A stretch of 64,000 bases of DNA from an uncultured Candidatus Rokubacteria bacterium (GCA_963840495.1 CAWIZN010000033.1:12049-76048), one strand, 5' to 3'; shown: positions 19,512 through 30,033, counted from the first letter of the stretch. Notes: generated by a model not told the origin, from the letters alone. Numbers and translations: made by a program.

Positions 19512-20489
19512 GTGACCAAGATCCTCACGCCCCCCCAGCCCGCGCCCGTCATGGACATCGCACGTGATCTGCTACCCGCCGGCATGGAGCTGGTCGTCGT
19601 CGATCCGAGCAAGCCGGAGTTCTACGATGCCGCCGGCGACGCCGAGTACTACCTGGGCTCGCCGCGCCTGGGCATCGGCAACGAGTTCTTTCGCGCCGCG
19701 CCCAAGCTGAAGCTCGTGCAGCTCACCAGCGCGGGCTACGATCGCGTCGACATCGAGGCTGCGCGCAAGGCTGGGGTGCCCGTTGCCAACAACGGTGGAT
19801 CCAACTCCGTCGCCGTCGCCGAGCACGCCGTCATGCTCATGCTCGCCGTGCTCAAGAGGCTCGTGTCGCTCCACAACAACATCGTGGCCGGCAAGTGGCG
19901 CAGCGCCGACTTCGCCGCCACCCGCCTCTACGAGGTCGAGGGCAAGCGGCTCGGCATCGTCGGTCTCGGCAACATCGGCAAGAAGGTCGCGCGCCGCGTC
20001 CGGGGCTTCGACATGGACGTTCGCTACTTCGACATCCTCCGGCTCAGCGAGGACCAGGAGGACGCGCTCGGCGTCCGCTTCGCCCTCCTCCCCGAGCTCC
20101 TCCGCACCTCCGACGTCGTGACCTTCCACGTGCCGCTGACCGACGTCACCCGCAAGATGATGTCCACGCGCCAGTTTGCGATGATGAAGCGCACCGCGGT
20201 GCTCATCAACACCTGCCGCGGCCCGGTCGTCGACGAGGACGCGCTGTATCAGGCGCTCACGTCGGGAACGATCGCCGCCGCCGGCCTCGACGTGATGGTG
20301 GAGGAGCCGCCGGCCCAGAACCACCCGCTCTTCTCGCTGCCAAACGTGACCCTCACGCCGCACAGCGCCGGGCCGACGTGGGACAACTGGACGAAGGCGT
20401 ACCGCAACGGCTTCGACAACATCCAGCGCGTGGAGGCCGGGCGTCCGCCGCTCTGGGTGGTCCCTGAGCTGCGCGGCCCGGCCGGATAG
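19512..20489 (+). CDS. D-isomer-specific 2-hydroxyacid dehydrogenase (NAD-binding)
   Basis: GTG 19512 after AGGAGGAG. GLGNIGKKVA NAD-binding motif and catalytic R..E..H triad region (..TPHSAG..). Confidence 0.7.
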   Translation: MTKILTPPQPAPVMDIARDLLPAGMELVVVDPSKPEFYDAAGDAEYYLGSPRLGIGNEFFRAAPKLKLVQLTSAGYDRVDIEAARKAGVPVANNGGSNSVAVAEHAVMLMLAVLKRLVSLHNNIVAGKWRSADFAATRLYEVEGKRLGIVGLGNIGKKVARRVRGFDMDVRYFDILRLSEDQEDALGVRFALLPELLRTSDVVTFHVPLTDVTRKMMSTRQFAMMKRTAVLINTCRGPVVDEDALYQALTSGTIAAAGLDVMVEEPPAQNHPLFSLPNVTLTPHSAGPTWDNWTKAYRNGFDNIQRVEAGRPPLWVVPELRGPAG

Positions 20490-20511
20490 GTGGAGCATCC
20501 GGCTCGATGAC

Positions 20512-21660
20512 ATGAGGGACAACACGCACTGGGTCGGCACCTGGACTGCGGCCCCTGCGCCCGCTGAAGGCGCCGCGTTCAGCAACCATACGCTGCGGAT
20601 GATCCCGCGGGTCAGTATCGGAGGCAGCCGGCTGCGCGTGCGCATCTCGAATGCCTATGGCACTCGCCCGCTGGCGGTCGGCGCGGCTTGCGTCGGCCTC
20701 CGCAGCACCGGGTCGGCGCTTGTGCCGGGCTCCAACCGACGGCTCACCTTCGGCGGCGAAACCCGGGCGACGATCGCCGCCGGCGCCCTTGTCGTCAGCG
20801 ATCCCGTCGAGCTGGGGTTCGCGCCGTTGTCGGACCTTGCGGTCAGCGTGCACCTGCCGGACGATTTGCCGGCGAGCTTCGGGATCACCGGGCGCTATGC
20901 GCGGCAGACCAACTACATATCGCCGCCGGGAGATTTCGCGGCCGAAGAGGTCATGCCGGTCGGCCGCCTCACCGACGACTGGTACTTCGTCTGCGGCATC
21001 GATGTCGTCGCGCCGCAAGAGACGGGCGCCATCGTCGCGGTCGGCGACTCGCTGACCGACGCCAACATCTCGACCCATGACGGCCACCACAGCTGGCCCT
21101 CGCAGCTCGCGCGCCGGCTCGTGGCGCGGCAGAGCGGGCGGCCGATGGCGGTGATGAACCAGGGACTCGGCGGGAACCGCATTCTGCACGATATCCGGGG
21201 CGATAGCGGCCTGCGCCGCTTCGACCGCGACGTGCTGGCGCAGCCCGGCGTCACCCATACCGTCATCATGCTGGGCACCAACGATCTGCGGAACCGTCCC
21301 GGCAAGCCCGAAGAAGAGGTCACCGCCGCGCAGATGATCGCCGGGCTGAAGCAATTCGCCGTACGCGGGCAGGCTCGCGGCATCACGGTCATCGGCGGCA
21401 CGCTGACCCCCTTCGAGAACGAGACCTTCCTCCCCGGCGCCTGGAACCCGAAGCGCGAGGCGGTACGCCAGGCGGTCAACGACTGGCTGCGCCAGACCGA
21501 CGCCTTCGACGCGATCGTCGATTTCGACCGGGCGTTGCGCGATCCCGACCATCCGACCCAAATGCTGCCGATCTACGATTGCGGCGACCACCTTCACCCG
21601 AGCGACCTGGGCTATCGCACGATGGGAGACGCGATCGACCTGTCGCTGTTCGACAAGTGA
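20512..21660 (+). CDS. SGNH/GDSL hydrolase family protein with N-terminal beta-sandwich extension
   Basis: VAVGDSLTD block I, GGNR block, and DxxH block (DHLHPS). 382 aa. Confidence 0.65.
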   Translation: MRDNTHWVGTWTAAPAPAEGAAFSNHTLRMIPRVSIGGSRLRVRISNAYGTRPLAVGAACVGLRSTGSALVPGSNRRLTFGGETRATIAAGALVVSDPVELGFAPLSDLAVSVHLPDDLPASFGITGRYARQTNYISPPGDFAAEEVMPVGRLTDDWYFVCGIDVVAPQETGAIVAVGDSLTDANISTHDGHHSWPSQLARRLVARQSGRPMAVMNQGLGGNRILHDIRGDSGLRRFDRDVLAQPGVTHTVIMLGTNDLRNRPGKPEEEVTAAQMIAGLKQFAVRGQARGITVIGGTLTPFENETFLPGAWNPKREAVRQAVNDWLRQTDAFDAIVDFDRALRDPDHPTQMLPIYDCGDHLHPSDLGYRTMGDAIDLSLFDK

Positions 21661-21682
21661 CCCTGACGGAGGGGCCCCGACC

Positions 21683-23413
21683 ATGACGAACGATGCGCTG
21701 CGTACGATTTTGCCGATCGCCGGCTGGGGCGAAGAGCGCGCCCGGGCGGTCGACATCACCGGTGGGGCCGATCCGATCTTGCCGACGCCGTTCCGCATCG
21801 GCGAGACGAGTGCCGCCGCGCTCGCCGCGGTCGGCCTCGCCGTCTCCGATCTGTGGGCGTTGCGCACCGGGCGTCGCCAGGAGGTCGCGGTCGATACGCG
21901 CCAGGCGACCGCCTCGCTCCGCAGCGGGCACTACATGCAGATGGACGGCGCGCCCGTGTCGACCGAGCGCAACACGGTGATGGGCGTCTATCCGGCCAAG
22001 CACGGTCGCTTCAGCTATCTCCACTGCAACTTCCCGAACCATCGCGCCGCCGCCCTCAGCGTGCTCGGCGTCCCGGAAGATCGCGAGGCGGTGCGCAAAG
22101 CGGTCGCGAAGTGGGACGCGCTCGAGCTCGAGGAGGCGATCATCGCCGCGAAAGGCGCCGGGGGCATGGTGCGCACCATGGACGAATGGGCCCGGCACCC
22201 GCAGGCCGCCGCGATCGCCTCGCTGCCGCTGATGGAGATCGTCAAGATCGGCGACAGCCCGGCGGAACAGCTTCCCGACGGCGATCGGCCGTTGTCGGGC
22301 GTCCGCGTGCTGGACCTGACACGGGTCCTCGCCGGGCCGACCTGCGCACGCACGCTGGCCGAGCACGGCGCCGACGTCTTGAAGATCACGGCGGCGCACC
22401 TGCCGAATCTCGGCTACCAGGAATACGATACCGGTCACGGCAAGCTCTCCGCCCAGCTGGATCTGCGTGAGCCCAAGGATGTCGAGACTCTGCGCGGACT
22501 GGTCCGCGAGGCCGATGTGTTCTCGCAGGGCTACCGGCCGGGCACCCTGGGCGATCGCGGATTTTCGCCCGAGGCGCTGGCGAAATTGCGGCCGGGCATC
22601 GTCGTCGTCTCGCTGTGCGCCTTCAGCCATGTCGGGCCGTGGGCATCACGCCGCGGCTTCGACACGGTGGTGCAGACGGTCAGCGGCATCACGAGCCGCC
22701 AGGGTGAGCTGTTCCCGGGCGCGGAGCCGGGCCCGCAGTTCTATCCGGTGTCGGCGATCGACTATCTGACCGGCTATCTGATGGCCTTCGGCGCGCTGGT
22801 GGCCCTCGCTCGCCGCGCGCGCGAGGGCGGTAGCTGGCTCGTGCGCATCTCGCTGGCGCAGACCGGGCGCTGGCTCGTCGGGCGGGGCCAGGTGGCGGAG
22901 GCCGAGCTCAAGGATGTGCCGAAGGAATTCACCCCCGAGGAGCTGAAGCGCTGGTCGATGACGAGCGCCACCCCGATGGGCCGGCTGCACCATCTCGGGC
23001 CGGTGCTGCGCCTCTCCGAGACGCCGCCGCGCTGGGCCCGGCCCTCGGTGCCGCTCGGCTACAACGAGCCGGTGTGGCCGGCCCGGGCCAGTAGTCAGAT
23101 CACGACGGTCACGACACGTCGATCCCGAGCCCGAAGTCGGGCGTTGACTGATGTTGAACTGCGCCCGATCGTCTCGACGGCTGTCGCGGGCGGCCTCCGC
23201 GTCAACGTAGAAGTGGTCGGGCGGAAAACGCTCCGAGAGAGGTCGCGGGAGGCGGTCGAGGGTGAGCGCCACGACGATGTCCACCGATCGCGCGTCGAGG
23301 CGGGGCTCGCCGTATACATCGCCGCATGGGAGCCGCACGACCATGTACGTGAGGCCGAGGCCGTCCAAGACCTCGACGAGATATCGGCTAGCAGCTCGGC
23401 CTGTGTCACCTAG
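21683..23413 (+). CDS. CoA-transferase family III (CaiB/BaiF) protein. The 3' end is uncertain; the last ~100 codons are probably a stop-less high-GC artefact or hide a frameshift.
   Basis: ..PLSGVRVLDLTRVLAGPTCARTLAEHGADVLKI.. signature at residue ~205. The first ~200 aa resemble the C-terminal part of family III transferases. The tail after ~23090 is low-complexity and antisense to another ORF. Confidence 0.5.
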   Translation: MTNDALRTILPIAGWGEERARAVDITGGADPILPTPFRIGETSAAALAAVGLAVSDLWALRTGRRQEVAVDTRQATASLRSGHYMQMDGAPVSTERNTVMGVYPAKHGRFSYLHCNFPNHRAAALSVLGVPEDREAVRKAVAKWDALELEEAIIAAKGAGGMVRTMDEWARHPQAAAIASLPLMEIVKIGDSPAEQLPDGDRPLSGVRVLDLTRVLAGPTCARTLAEHGADVLKITAAHLPNLGYQEYDTGHGKLSAQLDLREPKDVETLRGLVREADVFSQGYRPGTLGDRGFSPEALAKLRPGIVVVSLCAFSHVGPWASRRGFDTVVQTVSGITSRQGELFPGAEPGPQFYPVSAIDYLTGYLMAFGALVALARRAREGGSWLVRISLAQTGRWLVGRGQVAEAELKDVPKEFTPEELKRWSMTSATPMGRLHHLGPVLRLSETPPRWARPSVPLGYNEPVWPARASSQITTVTTRRSRARSRALTDVELRPIVSTAVAGGLRVNVEVVGRKTLRERSREAVEGERHDDVHRSRVEAGLAVYIAAWEPHDHVREAEAVQDLDEISASSSACVT

Positions 23414-23614
23414 AAGCCTCCGGGCGACCCGGCTTCGGATCTCTTCGGGAGACCAATCTGGATGCTGGTACGCGAAGTACGCGGTGAGGCGGTCCCGGGC
23501 CAATTCCCAGCTCTCGTGTCCCAGGCGCAGCCGCTCCATGCCGGACATCGAACGGAGGGCGCGGGCGACGACGGGATCGACAGCCTGGATCGGTGCCTCG
23601 TCGCCGTGCGTCAT
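23120..23614 (-). CDS. Hypothetical protein. The 3' end is not determinable because no in-frame stop occurs until 22646.
   Basis: ATG 23614 gives the coherent sequence MTHGDEAPIQAVDPVVARALRSMSGMERLRLGHESWELARDRLTAYFAYQHPDWSPEEIRSRVARRLLG..LTYMVVRLPCGDVYGEPRLDARSVDIVVAL.. Composition is protein-like for ~165 aa. Confidence 0.3.
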
Positions 23615-23749
23615 GCAGTCATGATACGCCAGGGGTGGCGGCGCGAGTGCCCGGAGACCGTGTCCACGATCTACTCCATGTGAACGCCGAGCCGGGTGAG
23701 CTCCGCGCGAGCCGGCTCGAGCGACCAGTTGGTGCTGACCCCGGTGTTC

Positions 23750-24571
23750 TCACACCTGGCCGAGGTAGACGAGGTACTCGGCCTTGAGCACGCGCTCGAG
23801 CAGGAGCAGCAGGACCGCGCCGGGCACCATCAGGACCAGCGCGGTGACCGAGGCGATCTGCATCTCGTAGCCCACGCTCGCCGTGTACATGTAGACGGGC
23901 AGGGTCGTCACGAACGGGGCGCCGACCAGGAGCGTGCCGGTGAACTCGTCGAGGGAGTAGAGAAAGACCAGGACGGCGCTCGCGATCATGCCGGGGACGG
24001 CGAGCGGGAGCGAGATGGTCACAAACGTCCGCGTGACCGAGGCGCCGAGGTTGTGGGCGGCCTCCTCCAGCTCGGGGCCGATGGCGCGGAAGACGGCGGT
24101 CATGGTCCACACCGCGAAGACGAGCCCGCCCACGAGGTGAACGAGGACCACACCCGAGACCGTGCCGGCCAGCCCGAACCGATAGAACTCGCGCGTGGCG
24201 CTGGCGAAGACGGGGAGCTGCGGGAACGCCTGGGGCAGCAGGAACGCGAGCAGGATCACGGTCCGGCCGGGGAACGACAGGCGCGCCAGCGCATAGCCGA
24301 GCGGAACGGCGAAGAGCAGGGCGAGCGCGGTCACGATCAGCGCGATCATCAGGCCGGTCCGGAGGGGTTCGAGAAAGTCGCCTGTCAGCATGCGCTCCCA
24401 GTATCGAAACCCCCAGCGCTGCGGCCACGGGCTCGGATAGGTCCACCGCTCGGCGAGGGACCAGACGGCGAGGCTCGCGAGCGGTCCCAGGATCAGAAAC
24501 GCCGCGACGGCCAGACCACCCAGCCGCGCGCCCAGGGTCAGGAGACTCCGCGCACGCGCGTTCATCCGCAC
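23750..24571 (-). CDS. ABC transporter permease (PotC-like, polyamine/solute family)
   Basis: Six TM segments and an EAA-like loop (..AHNLGASVTRTFVTISLPLAVPG..). Confidence 0.7.
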   Translation of the reverse strand: MRMNARARSLLTLGARLGGLAVAAFLILGPLASLAVWSLAERWTYPSPWPQRWGFRYWERMLTGDFLEPLRTGLMIALIVTALALLFAVPLGYALARLSFPGRTVILLAFLLPQAFPQLPVFASATREFYRFGLAGTVSGVVLVHLVGGLVFAVWTMTAVFRAIGPELEEAAHNLGASVTRTFVTISLPLAVPGMIASAVLVFLYSLDEFTGTLLVGAPFVTTLPVYMYTASVGYEMQIASVTALVLMVPGAVLLLLLERVLKAEYLVYLGQV

Positions 24572-24607
24572 ACGCGCTCCGGACCAGGCCGGTCGCGCAC
24601 CGCGCGC

Positions 24608-25315
24608 TCATCGGGTCAGCCGGCGGATGTACACCAGCGCCGCCCCGGACGCCAGGAGGTAGGCCACGACGCCGAGCGCCGAGGCCGTGGCGAAGTCACC
24701 GTGCTGGCCGAAGCGGTAGTAGACGTCGATCATCAGCATCTGCGGTCCCCCGCCCCGGCCCATCATGAGCGGGATCGAAAACGACGCCAGCATCGACGAG
24801 AAGATGAGGATGGCGGTCACCGCGAGGGCGGGGCCTGCCATGGGCACCAGCACGTCCTTCGTCACGCGCAGTGAGCCCGCGCCGAACTGGCGCGCCGCCT
24901 CGAGGTAGCTCTCGTCGGTTCCGCGAAACGCGCCGAGCAGCAGGAGCGCCGCCAGCCCCAGGTGCTTCCAGGCCAGCGCCATGGCGATGCCCGCCCAGGA
25001 CGATGAAAAGCCCGGCAGATACGGGCTCCAGAAGACGCGCAGCGCATGCCCCACGACCACGAAGGGCACGAAGAGCGGGACCTTCAGCAGGAGCTCGATC
25101 GGGCCCCAGGCGCGCATCCTGAGCCACCCGCAGACGGGAATGGCCACGCCGAAGGTCATGGCCGTCCCCGCCGCGGCGACGCCGACGGTGTAGAGCACGT
25201 CGCCCGCGTAGAGCCGCCGCACGGTGTCGTAGTTGGCGAGAGTCCACTGGCCCTCGCGTGAAAAGCTGGCGATGACCGAGGCGCCGAGCGGCCACAGGAA
25301 CACCCCGCCGAGCAC
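24608..25315 (-). CDS. ABC transporter permease (PotB-like). The true start is probably further upstream (~25380), but there is no canonical in-frame start codon.
   Basis: Multi-TM protein with EAA motif (..EAARQFGAGSLRVTKDVLVPMAGPAL..). The reading frame stays open up to the binding-protein stop; the first canonical start is GTG 25315. Confidence 0.6.
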   Translation of the reverse strand: MLGGVFLWPLGASVIASFSREGQWTLANYDTVRRLYAGDVLYTVGVAAAGTAMTFGVAIPVCGWLRMRAWGPIELLLKVPLFVPFVVVGHALRVFWSPYLPGFSSSWAGIAMALAWKHLGLAALLLLGAFRGTDESYLEAARQFGAGSLRVTKDVLVPMAGPALAVTAILIFSSMLASFSIPLMMGRGGGPQMLMIDVYYRFGQHGDFATASALGVVAYLLASGAALVYIRRLTR

Positions 25316-25365
25316 GGCGAGGGCGGGGGCGCAGAGCGCGCCCCACAGCCACCGCTCGGCCGGGC

Positions 25366-26493
25366 TCAGCGCACGATCTCCTCGTAGGCGAGCGAGATGA
25401 GGTCGTGGTACTCCTTGAGCGGCATTTGCCGCGAGTAGCGCGCCAGGTCCTGGGCGCTCACGCCCTTGAACAGGAGATCCCGGCTCTTCGGCGTGATCAG
25501 CGCGAGCACCTTCTCCGGATCCACACCCGGATACCAGCCGAAGCGCTCGACGATCGCCTTGGCCTGCACCTCGGGCGTGGCGATGTAGTCGACGTAGCGG
25601 GCGGCCGTCTCCTTCTGCGCGGCCTCCCTCGGCACGACGAGATAGAGCGGATAGATCGGCAGGCCGGGCGCGGGCAGCGCGGGCGTGACGGCCGGATCCA
25701 TCCGGCCCTCGTTCTTCCAGGCCACGAGCTGGTCGATCCACACGACGCCCATCCAGATCTCGCCGCGGTTCAGCGCGTCCAGCGTGCCCGCATTGCCATT
25801 GGTGATGACCGCCTGCTTGTTGAAGTCGCGGAGCGCGGTGATGGCCTCGCGGATGGCCGGCTCCTTGCCCTTGTCGAAGGGCCCCTGGGTCAGCTCCTTG
25901 TAGAGCCCGGTCTTCCAGTACACCCAGCCGATGGTGAAGCCGACACCGCTCACGCCGCCCTTGATGCCGTTGTAGCCGAAGCGCCCCGGGTTGGCCTTGA
26001 CCCACGCGGCGAGCTCGTCGAACGACTTGGGCGGAGCGGACACCTTCGACGGGTGATAGGCGATGGCGATCTGGTTGTGGAACATCGGGACCACGTAGCC
26101 GTCGACGGTGACGCCGAAGGCCTCCTTCACCTCGGCGCCCTTGACCAGCGCGGCGTTCTTCATCTGCGGGACGTAGCGCAGGAGCAGCCCCTCCTTCACC
26201 ATCTGGGACGCGACGGCCATGCTCACGAGCGCCACGTCGATGTCCCACGGCTTGCGGCCGGCGTCGGCCTGCGCCTTGATCTTGGTGTAGATGGCGCGGC
26301 TCGCCGGCTCGCCGGTGCCCGTGCCGACCACGTTCAGCTCGACGTCGGGCGCGGTCGCGCGGAAGCCCGGGCCGAGCAGAGTCTTGTGCACCTCGACCAC
26401 GTTCACGTCGGCGCCGATGGCGACGTTGAGCCGGGTGGCCGCGGACGCGGGCACGACGAGGGCGAGGATGAGGACGAGGGCGCGCAGCAGCAT
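25366..26493 (-). CDS. ABC transporter periplasmic substrate-binding protein (PotD/PotF-like)
   Basis: N-terminal signal peptide MLLRALVLILALVVPASAA. 375 aa typical of a cluster-D solute-binding protein. Confidence 0.65.
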   Translation of the reverse strand: MLLRALVLILALVVPASAATRLNVAIGADVNVVEVHKTLLGPGFRATAPDVELNVVGTGTGEPASRAIYTKIKAQADAGRKPWDIDVALVSMAVASQMVKEGLLLRYVPQMKNAALVKGAEVKEAFGVTVDGYVVPMFHNQIAIAYHPSKVSAPPKSFDELAAWVKANPGRFGYNGIKGGVSGVGFTIGWVYWKTGLYKELTQGPFDKGKEPAIREAITALRDFNKQAVITNGNAGTLDALNRGEIWMGVVWIDQLVAWKNEGRMDPAVTPALPAPGLPIYPLYLVVPREAAQKETAARYVDYIATPEVQAKAIVERFGWYPGVDPEKVLALITPKSRDLLFKGVSAQDLARYSRQMPLKEYHDLISLAYEEIVR

Positions 26494-26511
26494 GGTGGCT
26501 TCTCCTCTGGA

Positions 26512-27543
26512 TCACGCCGCCGGAAACACGCGGGTGCGCTCCGGCGGGACGGAGACTGTGACGGGTCCGGGCGCGGCGGGCACCGGGCCGTCCACCATCA
26601 GGACGGCGTCCCCCACCCGGACATAGTGGCGATAGTAGGCGCCGAGGAAGAGGCTCTCCTCGAGCGTGCCGGACAGCGTGGCGCCCGCCGGCGCGCCCGG
26701 CGCCAGGGCGAGATCGGACGAGCGGAGGACGACCACGGCCCGCCCGCGCACCGGACCCGTGTACGCGAGGCTCTGACCGGCGAGCTGGAGCACGCCGGCC
26801 TCCGCGCGCGCCTCGAGGCTATTGCCCACGCCGAGGAAGTCCGCGGCGAACTCGCTCGCCGGGTCGAGGTAGACGTCCTCCGGCGTCCCCGACTGGATGA
26901 CGTGCCCCGCGTTCATCAGCACCACGCGGTCGGCGATCGCGAGCGCCTCCTCCTGGTCGTGGGTGACGTAGATGGCGGTGATGCCGACGCGCTTCTGCAA
27001 TCGCCGCACCTCGACGCGCAGGCGCTGGCGCACCTTGGCGTCGAGATTGCTGAGCGGCTCGTCGAGCAGGAGCACGCGCGGCTCGACGACGAGCGCGCGC
27101 GCCAGCGCCACGCGCTGCTGCTGGCCGCCGGAGAGCGCGCCGGGCTTGCGCCGCGCCACGTCGTCCACGGCGCCGATCGCCACCAGCTCGAGCGCGGCCC
27201 GCACGCGAGCGCGCACGGCCTCGGCGGGCACGCGCTTCAGGCGCAGGCCATAGGCGACATTGTCGAAGACGGTCATGTGCGGCCAGAGCGCATAGCTCTG
27301 GAACACCATCGCGGTGCCGCGCTGCTGGGGCGGAAGGCTGGTGACGGCGTCACCGTCGAAGCGGACGGCGCCCCCGTCCACGGTGACGAAGCCCGCGATG
27401 GCGCGCAGGAGCGTGGTCTTGCCGCAGCCGGAGGGCCCGAGGATGGCCGTGAGCTTGCCCGCGGCGAAGTCGAGCGAGACGTCCCGCAGCGCTTCCACGT
27501 GACCGTAGCGCTTGCTGACGGCCTCCACGCTGACGCGCACCAC
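26512..27543 (-). CDS. ABC transporter ATP-binding protein (PotA-like, with C-terminal TOBE/MOP domain)
   Basis: Walker A GPSGCGKTT, ABC signature LSGGQQQRVALARAL, Walker B LLLDEP, H-loop. It forms an operon with the binding protein and two permeases. Confidence 0.75.
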   Translation of the reverse strand: MVRVSVEAVSKRYGHVEALRDVSLDFAAGKLTAILGPSGCGKTTLLRAIAGFVTVDGGAVRFDGDAVTSLPPQQRGTAMVFQSYALWPHMTVFDNVAYGLRLKRVPAEAVRARVRAALELVAIGAVDDVARRKPGALSGGQQQRVALARALVVEPRVLLLDEPLSNLDAKVRQRLRVEVRRLQKRVGITAIYVTHDQEEALAIADRVVLMNAGHVIQSGTPEDVYLDPASEFAADFLGVGNSLEARAEAGVLQLAGQSLAYTGPVRGRAVVVLRSSDLALAPGAPAGATLSGTLEESLFLGAYYRHYVRVGDAVLMVDGPVPAAPGPVTVSVPPERTRVFPAA

Positions 27544-27590
27544 GCCGGGAGGCTAGCACGGGCGCTCGCGGCCGGTCAACGACGCGGAGC

Positions 27591-28157
27591 GTGACGGCAC
27601 TGGCCGCGGTTCTCGCCGCGCCGCCGATGCGCTATCCTGCACCCGCGATGCCCGCGTCCTACCTCTCCCCCAAGACCGCGATCCGCCCGAGCCCCATCGA
27701 AGGGCGGGGCCTGTTCGCGCGCCGAGCCATTCGCAAGGGCGAGGTCGTCGCGATCAAGGGCGGCCATATCCTCGATCGCCGGGCGCTGGCGCGGGTCAAG
27801 GGCAAGATCGCGCAGTCCTTCATCCAGATCGCCGACGGCTTCTTCATCGGTGCCGCCACCGCCGCCGAGGTGAAGCGGAACAAGCTCTTCATCAACCACT
27901 CCTGCGCGCCCAATGTCGGCATCCTCGGCCAGATCATCTTCGTCGCCATGCGCGACGTCCGCGCGGGCGAGGAGCTGACCTATGACTGGGCGATGGAGGA
28001 AAACATCCCGGCGAGGACCGAGTGCCGCTGCGGCGCCGCCACGTGCCGGAAGATCCTGACGGGTCGAGACTGGACCAAGCCCGCGCTCCGGCGGAAGTAC
28101 CGGCGATACCTCTCGGCCTATCTCGGGGAGAAGACGCGGCGGGCGGCCAAGACCTAA
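27591..28157 (+). CDS. SET-domain protein (putative lysine methyltransferase). Start may be ATG 27627 or 27648.
   Basis: IEGRGLFARRAI..GEVV..., NHSCAPN and ELTYDW motifs, and a C-terminal Cys cluster (post-SET CRCGAATCRK). Confidence 0.6.
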   Translation: MTALAAVLAAPPMRYPAPAMPASYLSPKTAIRPSPIEGRGLFARRAIRKGEVVAIKGGHILDRRALARVKGKIAQSFIQIADGFFIGAATAAEVKRNKLFINHSCAPNVGILGQIIFVAMRDVRAGEELTYDWAMEENIPARTECRCGAATCRKILTGRDWTKPALRRKYRRYLSAYLGEKTRRAAKT

Positions 28158-28363
28158 CCCGCGCGGAGATAGCCGCGATGTGGTCCCCCGTGCCCGAGAC
28201 CTGCATCCGGGTCGTCTCGGCTTCCTCGTCCAGGCCGCCCTGATCCTGACCTCGCCCGTCCCGCATCTCGCGCGCCAGCCCGACGTGGTCGGCTGACGCG
28301 GAGCCCGACCGCCGACGCGCCGCGGTTGCCAAGGCGTGCGCGAGCGATGGTTGAATACGCGCC

Positions 28364-30033
28364 ATGACCACGGCCGATCTCGTCCTCACCGGCGGCAAGA
28401 TCCTCACGCTCGATCGACACTCGCGCATCGTGCAGGCGCTCGCCGTCCGCGGCGGGCGCATCGCCGCGCTCGGCCGGGACATCCGAGATCGCGGGCCTCA
28501 TCGGTCCCGACACGCGCCGCCTGGACCTCCGCGGCCGCCTCGCCGTGCCCGGGCTCATCGACGGCCATGCCCACATGGACCGCGAGGGCCTCAAGCTCCG
28601 CTGGCCATCACTCGCCGCCGCGCGGTCCATCGGCGATATCTTGCAGATCGTCGAGGCCGAGGTGCGCCGCACGCCGCATGGCGAGTGGATCGTGACCATG
28701 CCCATCGGCGAGCCCCCGATGTACGAGGGCGTGCCGGGGAATCTCGCGGAGAATCGCTGGCCGACGCGCCACGACCTGGACCGGGTCGCGCCCGACCATC
28801 CCGTCTACATCCGCGCCATCTGGGGGCACTGGCGCAATACCCTGCCCCTGGTCTCCATCGCCAATACGAAGGCGCTCGAGCGCGCGGGCATCGGGCGCGA
28901 CACGCGGCCGCCCGCGCCGTCCATCGAGATCGAGCGCGACGCTCTAGGGCGACCCGACCGGCGTCCTCGTCGAGCAGACGTACAAGCCGCTGGTCGAGCA
29001 CACGCTGATGGCGGTGGCGCCGCGCTTCACCCTGGAGGATCGCGTGGCCGGCCTCGCCGAGTCCATGCGCATCTACAATCGCTGCGGCACCACCAGCGTC
29101 TTCGAGGGCCACGGCATCTCGAACGAGGTCCTCGCGGCGTACCAGGCCCTGCGCGAGCGGGGCCGGCCGAGCGTGCGGGCGCATCTGCTGTGGAGCCCGG
29201 CCTGGCCGTCCGCCGATGCCGCGCCCGTGCTCGACCTCGTGCGGAGCTGGGGCGCCTGGCTGAGCCGCCGCGGGCTCGGCGACGAGTACCTGCGCGTGGG
29301 CGGGCTCTACACGGAATCGGACTACTCGGAGGAGAACCGCCTGCGCGCGGCCACCGCGCCCCAGACGGGCTGGGCCGGCTTCTCCTACCAGGCGGCCCTG
29401 CCCGAGGACGTCATGGTCGAGATGATGATCGAGGCCGCGCGGAGCCACATCCGCGTCGGCAGCTTCACGCCGAATATCCTCGACCTCTACGAGCGCGTGA
29501 ACCGCGCCGTGCCCATCGCCGACCGGCGGTGGGTCATCGAGCATATCGGCGTCTACGGCCCGGATGAGATCCGCCGCATCCGCGACCTCGGCCTCGTCCT
29601 GACCGCGTATACCGGCCGGTACATCTGGAAGGACGGCGCCATGCTCGCGCGCCAGCTCGGGCCCGCGGGCGCCTCGCGCATCGCCCCGCTGCGCGCGCTG
29701 CTCGAGGCCGGCGTCCACGTCGCGCTGTCGACGGACAATGTGCCGCCCTCGCTCTTCGACGCGATCCACCACGCCGTGACGCGCAAGCCGCGCGGCGCCG
29801 CCGAGCCCGTCGGGCCCGACCAGTGCCTGTCGCGCGAGGAAGCGCTCGCGTGCGCCTCGCGCGAGGGCGCCTATCTCACCTTCGAAGAGGACGACAAGGG
29901 CACCCTCGAGCTCGGCAAGCTCGCCGACATCGCCGTCCTCGACCAGGATGCGCTCACGGCGCCCGAGGACGCGCTGCCCGACATCCGCGCCGACCTGGTG
30001 ATCGTCGGCGGCGAGGTCGTCCTCGCTACCTGA
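28364..30033 (+). CDS. Amidohydrolase (YtcJ-like metal-dependent hydrolase) with two single-base frameshifts near 28490 and 28950
   Basis: Three consecutive ORFs (28364.., 28545.., 29008..) jointly give DLVLTGGKILTLD..AVRGGRIAALG / ..PGLIDGHAHMDREG.. / ..GTLELGKLADIAVLD.. Removing one G from ctaGGGcgac restores ..ERDALGDPTGVLVEQTYKPLVEHTLMAVAP.. Confidence 0.6.
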
